Shown piece by piece: positions 29,790-39,417 of a stretch of DNA of 64,000 nt. Made by a program: the position numbers and the translations under genes. Positions within the stretch are counted from its first letter, which is position 1. The number at the start of each line of letters is the position of its first letter. The notes below the pieces were generated by a model, which was not told the origin of the DNA, did no database searches, and worked only from the letters and a program-made list of their open reading frames with translations. This DNA comes from an uncultured Clostridia bacterium (lineage in GTDB: Bacteria; Bacillota; Clostridia; TANB77; CAG-508): the NCBI GenBank assembly GCA_944392605.1, contig CALXXE010000005.1, forward strand, positions 73,525 to 137,524, read 5' to 3'.

Positions 29790-30107
29790 ATGGAAAAAGT
29801 AAGCAAAGAAACAAATAAAAAAGGAAAAGTTTTAGCAATAGTTTCATTGATTTTAGGATTAGTATCAATAGAATATACAATAATGGGATTCTTTTTAGAA
29901 ATGTTATTTAGTATAATATATATTCCTATAATCTGCTCAATATTAGCAATTATATTAGGAATATTATCATTTAAGTCAGGTCAAAAAAGATTGGCAATTG
30001 TAGGGATAATAGTAGGAGTTCTATCAATAATATTTCTAATATTTTCTTATATTATGTACAATCGAACAGAGTATCCAATATATATACAAGAAAGTAAGCT
30101 AAAATAA
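29790..30107 (+). CDS. DUF4190-like membrane protein (105 aa)
   Basis: LAIVSLILGLVSI...ILGILSFKSGQKRLAIVGIIVGVLSI, paralogous to the 26088-26555 product. Confidence 0.65.
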   Translation: MEKVSKETNKKGKVLAIVSLILGLVSIEYTIMGFFLEMLFSIIYIPIICSILAIILGILSFKSGQKRLAIVGIIVGVLSIIFLIFSYIMYNRTEYPIYIQESKLK

Positions 30108-30183
30108 AATCAAATATAATAAAGCAATTTTTTAATAGAAAAAGTAATTTATATATTATAATATAATTCTATGAGGGAATGAG

Positions 30184-30324
30184 ATGGAAGAAAAGTTAAA
30201 ACTATTAGGATTTTATGAAAGAGAAGAAGAGCTTATAATATATTGGTTACCAAAATTAGAAGCTAATAAATATAATTATATAAGATTTGCAAGTGAAGAA
30301 TGGGGCGGAACAGAAATAAAATAA
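30184..30324 (+). CDS. Possible small ORF (46 aa) or gene remnant
   Basis: GAGGGA SD, ATG 30184, hairpin plus T-tract downstream; no family recognised. Confidence 0.25.
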   Translation: MEEKLKLLGFYEREEELIIYWLPKLEANKYNYIRFASEEWGGTEIK

Positions 30325-30471
30325 TTATTTAAAAGTCTAGATTTTATCTAGGCTTTATTTTATGGTATAATATTTATATGATTTTATAAAAGTGTTTTTT
30401 TCCATATTAGTGTAACATTTTCTTAAGAAAGTTTGTATAACTAATGTATAAAGAGATAAAAGGAGGAGCAC

Positions 30472-31023
30472 ATGGAAATAAGCGACAAAGAATTATACCA
30501 AAAGTATCTGACGGGGGATAATAGTGCTTTTGAAGAAATAGTAAAAAGACATAAAGAGCATATAATATATTTTATTGCAAGATATACTAAGAATACAGAT
30601 ATTGCAGAAGATATATCACAAGATGTATTTGTATATCTACTTTTACATAAAGACCAATATGATTTTAAGTATTCATTTAAAACATATTTATATATGATAG
30701 CTAAATGTAGAGCAATAAATTATTTAAAAAGAGAAAAAAGAGCAATTTCAGGATTAGATTATAACAATCTATATATAGAAGACAATGATTTAGAAGAAAT
30801 TGTTTATAAAAATGAGGCATCACAAAATATAAGAAAAGTAATCAATAAACTAAAACCTGACTACCAAGCGGTGATATGTCTTACTTCTTTAGAAGGATTT
30901 AAATATAAAGAAGTAGCAAAAATTATGAATAAAAACGTGGGACAAGTTAAAGTAATGCTAAATAGAGCAAAAAGAAAACTAAAGGAAGCTTTGGAAAAGG
31001 AGGGATTTTCTTATGAAGTCTAA
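30472..31023 (+). CDS. ECF-type RNA polymerase sigma factor (sigma-70 family)
   Basis: Region 2 (AEDISQDVFVYLL) and region 4 HTH (FKYKEVAKIMNKNVGQVKVMLNRAKRKL). Confidence 0.85.
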   Translation: MEISDKELYQKYLTGDNSAFEEIVKRHKEHIIYFIARYTKNTDIAEDISQDVFVYLLLHKDQYDFKYSFKTYLYMIAKCRAINYLKREKRAISGLDYNNLYIEDNDLEEIVYKNEASQNIRKVINKLKPDYQAVICLTSLEGFKYKEVAKIMNKNVGQVKVMLNRAKRKLKEALEKEGFSYEV

Positions 31024-32134
31024 TAAAGAATATTTGGAAGAAATTTATGAGAAAAAAATAGAAGTATTAGAGTCTAAAGAAAAAGATGAGTTTTATAGTA
31101 TAAAATTTAAGAAACCAAAGAAAAATCCTTTAAGAATAGCAGCTACATTTTTATTAGCCTTAAGTTTAACAGTTGGAGTTGGATATTGTGGAACAGTAGC
31201 TTATGAGAATATCTGGAAAGAACCTGAGAAGTATACAATAAACCAAGAAGTATCTAAAGAAGAAAAGGAAAAATGTATATCAGCAGAAAAAGCAAATGAA
31301 TTAGGGAACAAATATCTAAAACAAGTAGGATTAGATGATGAAGAAATTTTGAATCAAAACTTAAGTAAAGAATTTTTATCAGATAAGAATGAATGGAGTA
31401 TGGCATCTAAAAAAGCTACAATTACAATAGATGGAGAGACAGGCGAATTGAAAAGTATTCAAGTTCCTACTTGGAATTATAAAATACCATATAATTATGG
31501 AATAACAAGAGAAGAAGCTAGAGAAACAGCAAATGAGCTATTTGAAAAGTATAAGACTGATGATATTGAAGGAAATTATGAATTAGTGAAATTAACAAGA
31601 AATATGGAAACAGATGAAGCATCATATATCTGGTATGCAGAGTTCTATAAAAAGTATGGAGATGAGATAAATCCTTATGAAAAAGTATTTATTGGTTGGG
31701 TTCCTACAATAAATGGAATCTATCAACTAAATATAGAAAGAGGAAATTTTGAAAATAATGAAGTTATAAAAACAGAAGAAGAAGCAATAGAAATTGCAAA
31801 AAATAAAGATAAGGAAATAGAACCAAATAGAATAATAGAAAGTGTAACAGCAGAACAATCAATTCAGAAAATGAATCCTGAAAGTTATTTAAGAGAAACT
31901 AGAAAAGAAGATTATGAAAATGGAAAAATATCATTAGAAGATGGATATTATGTATCAGAAGATAGAGTAAGAAGAGTTTGGGTAGTAAATATAAAATATG
32001 TAGAAGAAGAAAATAAAATAGACTCATATTCATATTTTGTAGATGCAACAACTGGTGAAATAATCGGCGGAGCAATGTTTAATCCATCAGATACTATAGA
32101 AAATTTAAAAAAGGATCCAAATAATTTGGCATAA
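31013..32134 (+). CDS. Putative anti-sigma factor / membrane protein with PepSY-like ectodomains
   Basis: Overlaps the sigma gene by 11 nt; single TM LRIAATFLLALSLTVGVGY; repeated PepSY-like modules. Confidence 0.55.
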   Translation: MKSNKEYLEEIYEKKIEVLESKEKDEFYSIKFKKPKKNPLRIAATFLLALSLTVGVGYCGTVAYENIWKEPEKYTINQEVSKEEKEKCISAEKANELGNKYLKQVGLDDEEILNQNLSKEFLSDKNEWSMASKKATITIDGETGELKSIQVPTWNYKIPYNYGITREEARETANELFEKYKTDDIEGNYELVKLTRNMETDEASYIWYAEFYKKYGDEINPYEKVFIGWVPTINGIYQLNIERGNFENNEVIKTEEEAIEIAKNKDKEIEPNRIIESVTAEQSIQKMNPESYLRETRKEDYENGKISLEDGYYVSEDRVRRVWVVNIKYVEEENKIDSYSYFVDATTGEIIGGAMFNPSDTIENLKKDPNNLA

Positions 32135-32154
32135 AATGAAGGAACAAAAATAAA

Positions 32155-32946
32155 ATGAGAAATATTTTTGAAAATAAAAAGGAAAAACGTAAAAGGAAAA
32201 ATAGAAATAATCTTAAAATAATACTTATACTTGTTTTGTGTATAAGTATTATTTTAGTGGTCTTTTTATTAATAAGGACTAAGAATGATAACAATGTTAC
32301 AGAAGAGACATCTAGTAATAGTGAAAATATTGAGGAGCAAAATGTAATAGAAGTTATATTGCCGGCTAGAAAAGAAATAAACGACTGGAGATTAGTATTA
32401 GTAAATAAAGAAAATCCATTACCTGAAGATTTCACAATAGAACTTGAAAATATAGATTCTACAAAACAATTTGATAAAAGAGCAATTGGAGAATTAAGAC
32501 AAATGTTACAAGATATGAAAAGTTTTGGAATAAGTAATATTTGGGTTCAATCTGCATATAGAAGTATAGAATATCAAAAAACATTGTATGAAAATAAAAT
32601 TAATGATTATTTAAATAGAGGTGGTACGATGGAAGAGGCTGAAATGTTGACATCATAATATATAAATAGACCAGGAGAGAGTGAGCATAATTTAGGATTA
32701 GCAGTAGATTTTAATAATGTGAACAATGATTTTGAAAATACTAAAGCATATATGTGGCTAAAAGAAAATGCAAAAGACTATGGTTTTGTAATGAGATACC
32801 CAGAAGAAAAAGCAGAAATAACGGGAGTATCATATGAACCTTGGCACTGGAGATATGTGGGAAAAGAACACAGTTATAAAATGGATGAGTTAGGTATGTG
32901 CTTGGAAGAATATATAGAATATATAGAATATTTAGAGACAGATTAG
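32155..32946 (+). pseudogene. VanY-type D-alanyl-D-alanine carboxypeptidase (peptidase M15B) interrupted by an in-frame TAA
   Basis: ORFs 32155-32658 and 32719-32946 are in the same frame; TAA at 32656-32658; the catalytic SEHNLGLAVD and EPWHWRY motifs lie downstream of the stop. Confidence 0.8.
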
Positions 32947-33013
32947 TTTGACAAAAAGCACAAATGAATATATTATTATACAGTATATATAATGATATAA
33001 GGGGAGTAGTTCG

Positions 33014-33946
33014 TTGAAAAAAGAAAGTATTAAAATGTTACAAGAATTATGCAAAGAGATGAACATAAAAATAGAGAGCTTATCTTACGGATGGATTTTT
33101 AAATTATCTAAAGATAATAAAGTAAGATATATAACAGGAAATTTTGATATAAATAGAACAGCATCAAGTAAAATCGCATGTGACAAATATGGAACATTTG
33201 AGGTATTAAAATCACAAGATATACCGATAATAAAACATACTATGGTTTTTAATCCTGAGGAAAGAAAAGAATACATAAAAGAAAACGAAATTTGGGATAT
33301 TGTTTATAAAGAATTTGATAAAGAAAAGAAGGTAGTTGTTAAACCTAACTATGGATTTGAAGGAAAAGGAGTATTCCTTTGTAATACGTTAGAAGAAACA
33401 AAAGAAGCGGTTAAGTTTTTATTAAATAGAAATACTTCTATCAGTATATGTCCTTTTTATGATATAAAAAAAGAATATAGAGCATTTTACTTAAATGGTG
33501 AAATTTTATTAATTTATGAAAAAGAAAAACCTTTAGTTATAGGGAGTGGTAAAGATAATGTAAGAACATTAGTTGAGAATTTAAATCTTCCAAATAATGA
33601 TGTAGTAAAAAACAATTTAAGTAAAATAGATATGGACTACATACCAAAGGAAAACGAAAAGATAGAACTTTCTTGGAAGCATAATTTGTATGGTGGTGCT
33701 ACTGCTAAAGTAATAGATAAAGAAAATAAATATTATGAGGAAATAGAACATTTAGCAATTAGAAGTGGAAAAGCATTAGATATGACGTTTGCAACTATTG
33801 ATATTATAAACACTAAAAATGATGAGTTATATGTGTTAGAAATAAATTCAGGTGTTGCAGCAAGTATATTTTCGAGAATAGTAAAGAATGGAAAAGAATT
33901 AACTAAAGAAGTATATAAGAAAGCTTTGATAGAAATTTTTAAATAA
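33014..33946 (+). CDS. ATP-grasp domain protein
   Basis: VVVKPNYGFEGKGVF, EYRAFYLNGEILL, YVLEINSGV ATP-grasp pattern; TTG start. Confidence 0.7.
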   Translation: MKKESIKMLQELCKEMNIKIESLSYGWIFKLSKDNKVRYITGNFDINRTASSKIACDKYGTFEVLKSQDIPIIKHTMVFNPEERKEYIKENEIWDIVYKEFDKEKKVVVKPNYGFEGKGVFLCNTLEETKEAVKFLLNRNTSISICPFYDIKKEYRAFYLNGEILLIYEKEKPLVIGSGKDNVRTLVENLNLPNNDVVKNNLSKIDMDYIPKENEKIELSWKHNLYGGATAKVIDKENKYYEEIEHLAIRSGKALDMTFATIDIINTKNDELYVLEINSGVAASIFSRIVKNGKELTKEVYKKALIEIFK

Positions 33947-33976
33947 AATAAGTATTTTTCTCCAAGAACAAGCATA
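33946..33976. repeat. 31-nt direct repeat, left copy
   Basis: AAATAAGTATTTTTCTCCAAGAACAAGCATA is identical to 35349-35379. Confidence 0.9.
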
Positions 33977-34006
33977 TATATTATGGGATTGTTCTTGGAG
34001 TTTTTT
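33960..34006 (+). terminator. Intrinsic terminator
   Basis: CTCCAAGAACAA / TTGTTCTTGGAG 12-bp stem followed by TTTTTT. Confidence 0.85.
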
Positions 34007-34022
34007 AATAAACAAATTTAAC

Positions 34023-34100
34023 AGCAAAAACTTGTTTACAATTGAAAGTTTTTGCTATAAAGAGCAAAAACTTGACAAAATAAAATTATTATATTATAAT
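34023..34100 (+). promoter_or_regulatory. Promoter of the second AAA+ ATPase gene with a thrice-repeated AGCAAAAACTT motif
   Basis: AGCAAAAACTT at 34023-34033 and 34063-34073, inverted AAGTTTTTGCT at 34047-34057; TTGACA (34072-34077), 17-nt spacer, TATAAT (34095-34100). Confidence 0.6.
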
Positions 34101-34104
34101 AAAC

Positions 34105-35328
34105 GTGGTGATGAAATTGAAACCAAAAATTATATATAGAGAAAATTATATGAATAAACTTAATTCATATAAAGATAAGAAAATAATAAAAGTTTTGACA
34201 GGAATAAGACGATCAGGAAAATCAACAATTTTAAATGAATTTAAAAAAGAATTAATAGATAGTGGAGTTTTAGAAAAAAATATAATATCTATAAACTTTG
34301 AAGATAATGATAATAAAGAATTATTAGATTACCAAAAATTACATGATTATATAATAAAGAATACAGATAAAAAATGTATGAATTATATTTTTTTAGATGA
34401 AATACAAAATGTAAATGAATTTCAAAAGTGCATAGACAGTTTGTTTTTACGAGAATATCTAGATATTTATATAACAGGTTCTAATTCATATATGTTATCA
34501 GGAGAACTTGCTACATATTTAACAGGTAGATATATACAAATACACGTATTACCTTTATCATTTAAAGAATATATAAGTTATTACGGCCAAGGGGACGAAC
34601 TAAAAAAATATAATGAATATAGTATGTATGGAGGATTTCCATATTTAATAAACTTAGAGAATCCAAATGAGAAACTAGAGTATCTAGATAGTATTTATAG
34701 TACAGTAATAATAAAAGATATAATAAACAGAAAAAAAGTAAAAGATGTAATGATTTTAGAGAGTATATGCAGGTTTTTATTTGATAATATAGGTTCAAAT
34801 GTATCTACAAAAAAAATAAGTGATACATTGGCTTCGAATGGAAGAAAAAATTCAGTGCATACAATAGAAGAATATTTAAGTAGTTTATTAGAAAGTTATA
34901 TATTGTATAAAGTAAATAGGTTTGATATAAAAGGTAAACAGTTATTAAAGACGCAAGAAAAATATTATTTATCAGATTTAGGACTGAGAACATATTTACT
35001 TGGGAAAAATTATAATAGAGACTTAGGACATATTTTAGAGAATATAATATTTTTAGAGTTAAAAAGAAAAGGTTATAGAATTTATATAGGGAAAAATGAT
35101 TCCAATGAAGTTGATTTTGTAGTGGAAACCAATGATGAGTATATTTATATTCAAGTTGCGTTATCTGTTAGAGAAGAACAAACGCTAAGAAGAGAATTAA
35201 AACCGTTGGAGACAATACCAGATCATTACAAAAAATATTTAATAACATTAGATTATGATACAAATAATTATAATGGAATAAAACAAATAAGTGCTATAGA
35301 TTTTCTTCTAGGAAGAGCCCAAATATAA
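34105..35328 (+). CDS. AAA+ ATPase, AAA_14 plus DUF4143-like (paralog of 1015-2259)
   Basis: Walker A GIRRSGKS, Walker B IFLDEIQ; same domain order as the first copy. Confidence 0.85.
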   Translation: MVMKLKPKIIYRENYMNKLNSYKDKKIIKVLTGIRRSGKSTILNEFKKELIDSGVLEKNIISINFEDNDNKELLDYQKLHDYIIKNTDKKCMNYIFLDEIQNVNEFQKCIDSLFLREYLDIYITGSNSYMLSGELATYLTGRYIQIHVLPLSFKEYISYYGQGDELKKYNEYSMYGGFPYLINLENPNEKLEYLDSIYSTVIIKDIINRKKVKDVMILESICRFLFDNIGSNVSTKKISDTLASNGRKNSVHTIEEYLSSLLESYILYKVNRFDIKGKQLLKTQEKYYLSDLGLRTYLLGKNYNRDLGHILENIIFLELKRKGYRIYIGKNDSNEVDFVVETNDEYIYIQVALSVREEQTLRRELKPLETIPDHYKKYLITLDYDTNNYNGIKQISAIDFLLGRAQI

Positions 35329-35348
35329 AAAATAAAACTAAAAACAAC

Positions 35349-35379
35349 AAATAAGTATTTTTCTCCAAGAACAAGCATA
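35349..35379. repeat. 31-nt direct repeat, right copy
   Basis: Identical to 33946-33976. Confidence 0.9.
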
Positions 35380-35411
35380 CAATTAAAGTAGCTTGAACTT
35401 GGAGGTTTTTT
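35363..35411 (+). terminator. Intrinsic terminator whose 3' arm carries the SD of the next gene
   Basis: CTCCAAG-AA-CAAGC ... GCTTG-AA-CTTGGAG stem, then GTTTTTT; GGAGG (35401-35405) lies 6 nt before ATG 35412. Confidence 0.7.
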
Positions 35412-36185
35412 ATGTTTTTAGTATTTAATAAACAAAAAATAATAACGTATTTTGTATCAGTGCTTACAGTTATTATATTATTCTTTGTTGCAAGCACATT
35501 AAATAGAAGCGATGAAATTATAGAAACATCAGCTACCGGAGAAAGATTGCTACCAATATATAATGTAAAAACTGAAGAAAAAAAGGTGGCCTTTACCATG
35601 AATTGTGCTTGGAATGCAGATGATATTGATAGCATATTAGAAACATTAGAAAAGGAAGATGTAAAAATAACATTTTTTATGGTTGGAGAATGGATAGATA
35701 AATACCAAGAGTCAGTAGAAAAGATATATAAGGCAGGGCATGAAATAGCAAACCATAGTGATACACATAAACATGTAAATAATTTGAGCTATGAAGATAA
35801 TGTAAAAGAAATTGAATCTGCAAATGAAAAGATAAAGAAAATAACGGGAGTAGAAAATAAACTTTATAGAGCACCATATGGAGAATATAATAATACAGTA
35901 ATAAAAGCAGCAAAGGAAAATGGATACATACCGATCCAATGGAGTTTAGATACTATTGACTATACAGGAATAACAGGAGAAGAAATGTGGAATAGAATAG
36001 AAGCAAAAATAAAAGAAGGAGATATAATACTTAGTCATAATGGAACAAAACATACAGCAGATTCATTAGAAATGTTAATAAAAAATATAAAAGAAAAAGG
36101 TTTTGAAATAGTAAAAGTATCAGATTTAATATATCAAGATAATTATAAAATTGATATAAATGGTACTCAAATTAAAGATAAATAG
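35412..36185 (+). CDS. Polysaccharide deacetylase family protein (PdaB-like)
   Basis: FTMNCAWNADD, ITFFMVGEW, HEIANHSDTH NodB-domain motifs; N-terminal TM. Confidence 0.8.
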   Translation: MFLVFNKQKIITYFVSVLTVIILFFVASTLNRSDEIIETSATGERLLPIYNVKTEEKKVAFTMNCAWNADDIDSILETLEKEDVKITFFMVGEWIDKYQESVEKIYKAGHEIANHSDTHKHVNNLSYEDNVKEIESANEKIKKITGVENKLYRAPYGEYNNTVIKAAKENGYIPIQWSLDTIDYTGITGEEMWNRIEAKIKEGDIILSHNGTKHTADSLEMLIKNIKEKGFEIVKVSDLIYQDNYKIDINGTQIKDK

Positions 36186-36243
36186 TATAAATTGGGAAAA
36201 ATAGGGAACTATAAAAATAATAAAGGAAATAAGGGGTTATAAA

Positions 36244-36759
36244 ATGACTTTTATTGGAATGGTTTCAGAACATAAAAGTTTTGAGAATATTAAAGAGATA
36301 TTAAAGAAAAATTCAAAGAATAATATCAATTTAATTCATATTTGTAAGAAGAGTATTAGTAATATAAAGAACATAAGATTTGAAACAATAGTTATAGATT
36401 TATCTTTAGATGAGTTTAAAGAAGAAAAATTATTAATAGAAAATCTCTGTTTATATGCAAAATATATAATTATAAATACAGATATAAATATCGAAATCCC
36501 CAAATTTATAAAGCAATCAAAAGCAAGTATTATAACATATGGATTGAATCAAAAAGCAACGGTAACAATATCTAGTATAACAGAAAGTAGCATATTAATA
36601 TATTTACAGAAAAATTTAAAAAATATTAAAGGAAAGAATATAGAAATAGGGGAAAAAATGATAAAAGTAAATGAAGAAAATAAGCTTAAAATATATGATG
36701 TTTTAATAATATATATCATTTTCTTGATTGAATCCAAACCCATAATACAGCAAACATAG
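36244..36759 (+). CDS. Hypothetical protein (171 aa)
   Basis: ORF with AAGGGG SD; no family recognised. Confidence 0.45.
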   Translation: MTFIGMVSEHKSFENIKEILKKNSKNNINLIHICKKSISNIKNIRFETIVIDLSLDEFKEEKLLIENLCLYAKYIIINTDINIEIPKFIKQSKASIITYGLNQKATVTISSITESSILIYLQKNLKNIKGKNIEIGEKMIKVNEENKLKIYDVLIIYIIFLIESKPIIQQT

Positions 36760-36897
36760 GAAAAATCTAACTTTTTTGAAGAAAATTAACTTTTTATGTA
36801 GACAAAACCAAAAAAATGGTGTATAATAGAAAATGTAAGTTAAGCGCGTAAGGAAAAATATACAATTGATAAATTATGAAAATAGGAGGAAAAGAAA

Positions 36898-37599
36898 TTG
36901 AATACAAATTATTTAGAAAACAACTATTTAACATTAGTTGGAAAAGTTACAGGAGAAAAAAAATTTAGTCATGAAATTTATGGTGAAAGTTTCTATGTGT
37001 TTAATCTAGAAATACCACGTTTAAGTGGAAATAGTGACATAATCCCGATAACAGTTTCAGAAAGACTAATTAAAGAAGATACATTAACTGAAGGTAAAAA
37101 ACTATTAATAAAAGGTCAATTTAGATCTTATAATAGTTACGAAAACGAAAAAAACAGATTAATTTTAACAGTTTTTGCAAAAGACATAGTAGAAGTGGAA
37201 GAAAATGATGAAGAAGAAGAAAATGAAATGGTGAGAAAAGATACAATAACAAATGAAGTAGTATTAGTTGGTTATATCTGTAAAAAACCAATATATAGAC
37301 AAACACCATTTGGACGTGAAATATCAGACCTATTACTTGCAGTAAATAGAGCATATAACAAATCTGATTATATTCCATGTATAGCATGGGGAAGAAATGC
37401 TAGATTTTGTCAAAACTTAGAAGTTGGAACAGAAGTAAAAGTAGTAGGAAGAGTTCAATCAAGAAATTATGAGAAAAAACATGAAGATGGAACAGTAGAA
37501 ACAAGAGTTGCTTATGAAGTATCTGTTGGAAGTTTAGAAGTTATAGAAGAAAAAGATGATGAAAAAGAAGTAGAAACAGAAAATCAAGAGGCTGTTTAA
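36898..37599 (+). CDS. SSB-like OB-fold protein (233 aa) lacking the canonical C-terminal tip
   Basis: IPCIAWGRNARFCQNLEVGTEVKVVGRVQSRNYEK resembles the SSB OB core; acidic linker and tail but no DDLPF; TTG start after AGGAGG. Confidence 0.6.
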   Translation: MNTNYLENNYLTLVGKVTGEKKFSHEIYGESFYVFNLEIPRLSGNSDIIPITVSERLIKEDTLTEGKKLLIKGQFRSYNSYENEKNRLILTVFAKDIVEVEENDEEEENEMVRKDTITNEVVLVGYICKKPIYRQTPFGREISDLLLAVNRAYNKSDYIPCIAWGRNARFCQNLEVGTEVKVVGRVQSRNYEKKHEDGTVETRVAYEVSVGSLEVIEEKDDEKEVETENQEAV

Positions 37600-37701
37600 T
37601 ATAAAATTATAATAATAGTAAAAAAGTTTCAAAAAGCTAGTCTTTTGAAACTTTTTTATGTTATAATAGGAATCAGAATTTTTATTTAAAGGAGACTTTC
37701 T

Positions 37702-39402
37702 ATGGAGAAACAGCTTATAAAAAATGAAAAAGAAAAAAATAAAAAGACAAGAATAAAACCAAGTACTAAATTCACAATAATGGCAGTAGTGTTAATTGCT
37801 ATTTTTTGTTTAGCATTAACACCAGTAACTTTACAAAACGACACATATTATACGATAAAAATAGGAGAACATATAGCAACTGATGGGATAGATATGCAAG
37901 ACCCATTTTCTTGGCATGAAAACTTACCATATACATATCCACATTGGTTATATGATTTATTAACTTATTTGATTTATGATGCTTTTGGAATGACAGGAAT
38001 ATATATTACAACATGTATATTATCAGTAATATTAGGTTTATCAGTATATATAGTAAATAGAAAGCTATGTAAAAATCAATTATTTTCATTTTTGCTTACA
38101 ATAGGAGTAATGTACTTAATAAGAGGATATATTACAGCAAGAGCACAATTAGTAACTTTCATATTATTTGTATGGACAATATATTTTATAGAGAAATTCC
38201 TAGAAACAAAGAAAAAAAGATATGCAGTAGGATTAATTATAATACCAATATTAATTGCAAATTTACATGTAGCAGTATTTCCATTCTATTTTGTACTTTA
38301 TTTACCATATATAGCGGAATATGTAATTGCAAGTATATCTGAGAATATTATATATAGAAAATTAGAGGTAAGAAAACTAAAATTAAAAATCAAGTTACTG
38401 TCTAAGAAACCTGAAAATATTGAGAAAGTAGAAAAATTAAAAGAAGAATTAAAAATATTACTAGAAAAGATAGATAAAGTAAAGGTAAAAAGAACAAAAG
38501 AATTACAAAATCCATATAAGCTAAAATTAACTAAAAGAACTGCATCAAAATGGCTAATTTTAATATTTATTATTTGCCTATTTACAGGATTGTTAACACC
38601 ACTAGGAAATACTCCATATACATATTTATTTAAAACAATGGCAGGTAATACTACACAAAATATTAATGAACATCTACCAATGACACTTGCAAATGAAACA
38701 GAAATAATTTGTACTCTTATACTATTCTTAGCTCTTATGATATTTACTAAAATAAAAGTAAGATTATGTGATTTGTTTATGCTATGTGGGTTATGTTATT
38801 TGATGATTGCTACAAGAAGACAAGTTACAATGTTTGCTTTAATTTGTTCAATGATATTGAATAGAATGTTGGTAGAATTGTCTAAAATATATACAAAAGA
38901 AAGTATAGAAGTAGCAACTAAAAAATTAACAAAAATTGCGGGGATAGTAGTAATTTCTTTAGTAATGGTAGGATTTAGTTACTACATGGCAAAAGATAAG
39001 TTTGATGATAACTATATAGACGAAACGACATATCCTGTACAAGCATGTGATTATATAATAGAAAATATAGATTTAGGAAAAGCTAGATTTTATAATGAAT
39101 ACAACTATGGAAGTTATATGTTGTTTAGAGGAATACCAGTATTTATAGATTCAAGAGCAGATTTATATGCACCAGAGTTTAGTGGAAAAAAAGATGATAT
39201 ATTTATGGATTTTATAAATACTTCAAATATAGGAGAGTTTTACGAAGACACATTTGAGAAATATAATATTACACATGTAATTACTTATAAGAATTCAAAG
39301 ATGAATATGATAATAACTAAGACAAATGATCCAAATTATAAAGAATTGTATAGTGATAAATATTTTATTATTTATGAAAGATTACAAGATGTAAAAAATT
39401 AA
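37702..39402 (+). CDS. Polytopic membrane protein, possibly a GT-C-type glycosyltransferase
   Basis: More than 10 predicted TM helices, internal K-rich loop, C-terminal soluble domain (FIDSRADLY). Confidence 0.4.
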   Translation: MEKQLIKNEKEKNKKTRIKPSTKFTIMAVVLIAIFCLALTPVTLQNDTYYTIKIGEHIATDGIDMQDPFSWHENLPYTYPHWLYDLLTYLIYDAFGMTGIYITTCILSVILGLSVYIVNRKLCKNQLFSFLLTIGVMYLIRGYITARAQLVTFILFVWTIYFIEKFLETKKKRYAVGLIIIPILIANLHVAVFPFYFVLYLPYIAEYVIASISENIIYRKLEVRKLKLKIKLLSKKPENIEKVEKLKEELKILLEKIDKVKVKRTKELQNPYKLKLTKRTASKWLILIFIICLFTGLLTPLGNTPYTYLFKTMAGNTTQNINEHLPMTLANETEIICTLILFLALMIFTKIKVRLCDLFMLCGLCYLMIATRRQVTMFALICSMILNRMLVELSKIYTKESIEVATKKLTKIAGIVVISLVMVGFSYYMAKDKFDDNYIDETTYPVQACDYIIENIDLGKARFYNEYNYGSYMLFRGIPVFIDSRADLYAPEFSGKKDDIFMDFINTSNIGEFYEDTFEKYNITHVITYKNSKMNMIITKTNDPNYKELYSDKYFIIYERLQDVKN

Positions 39403-39417
39403 TTTAGAAAGAGGCAA

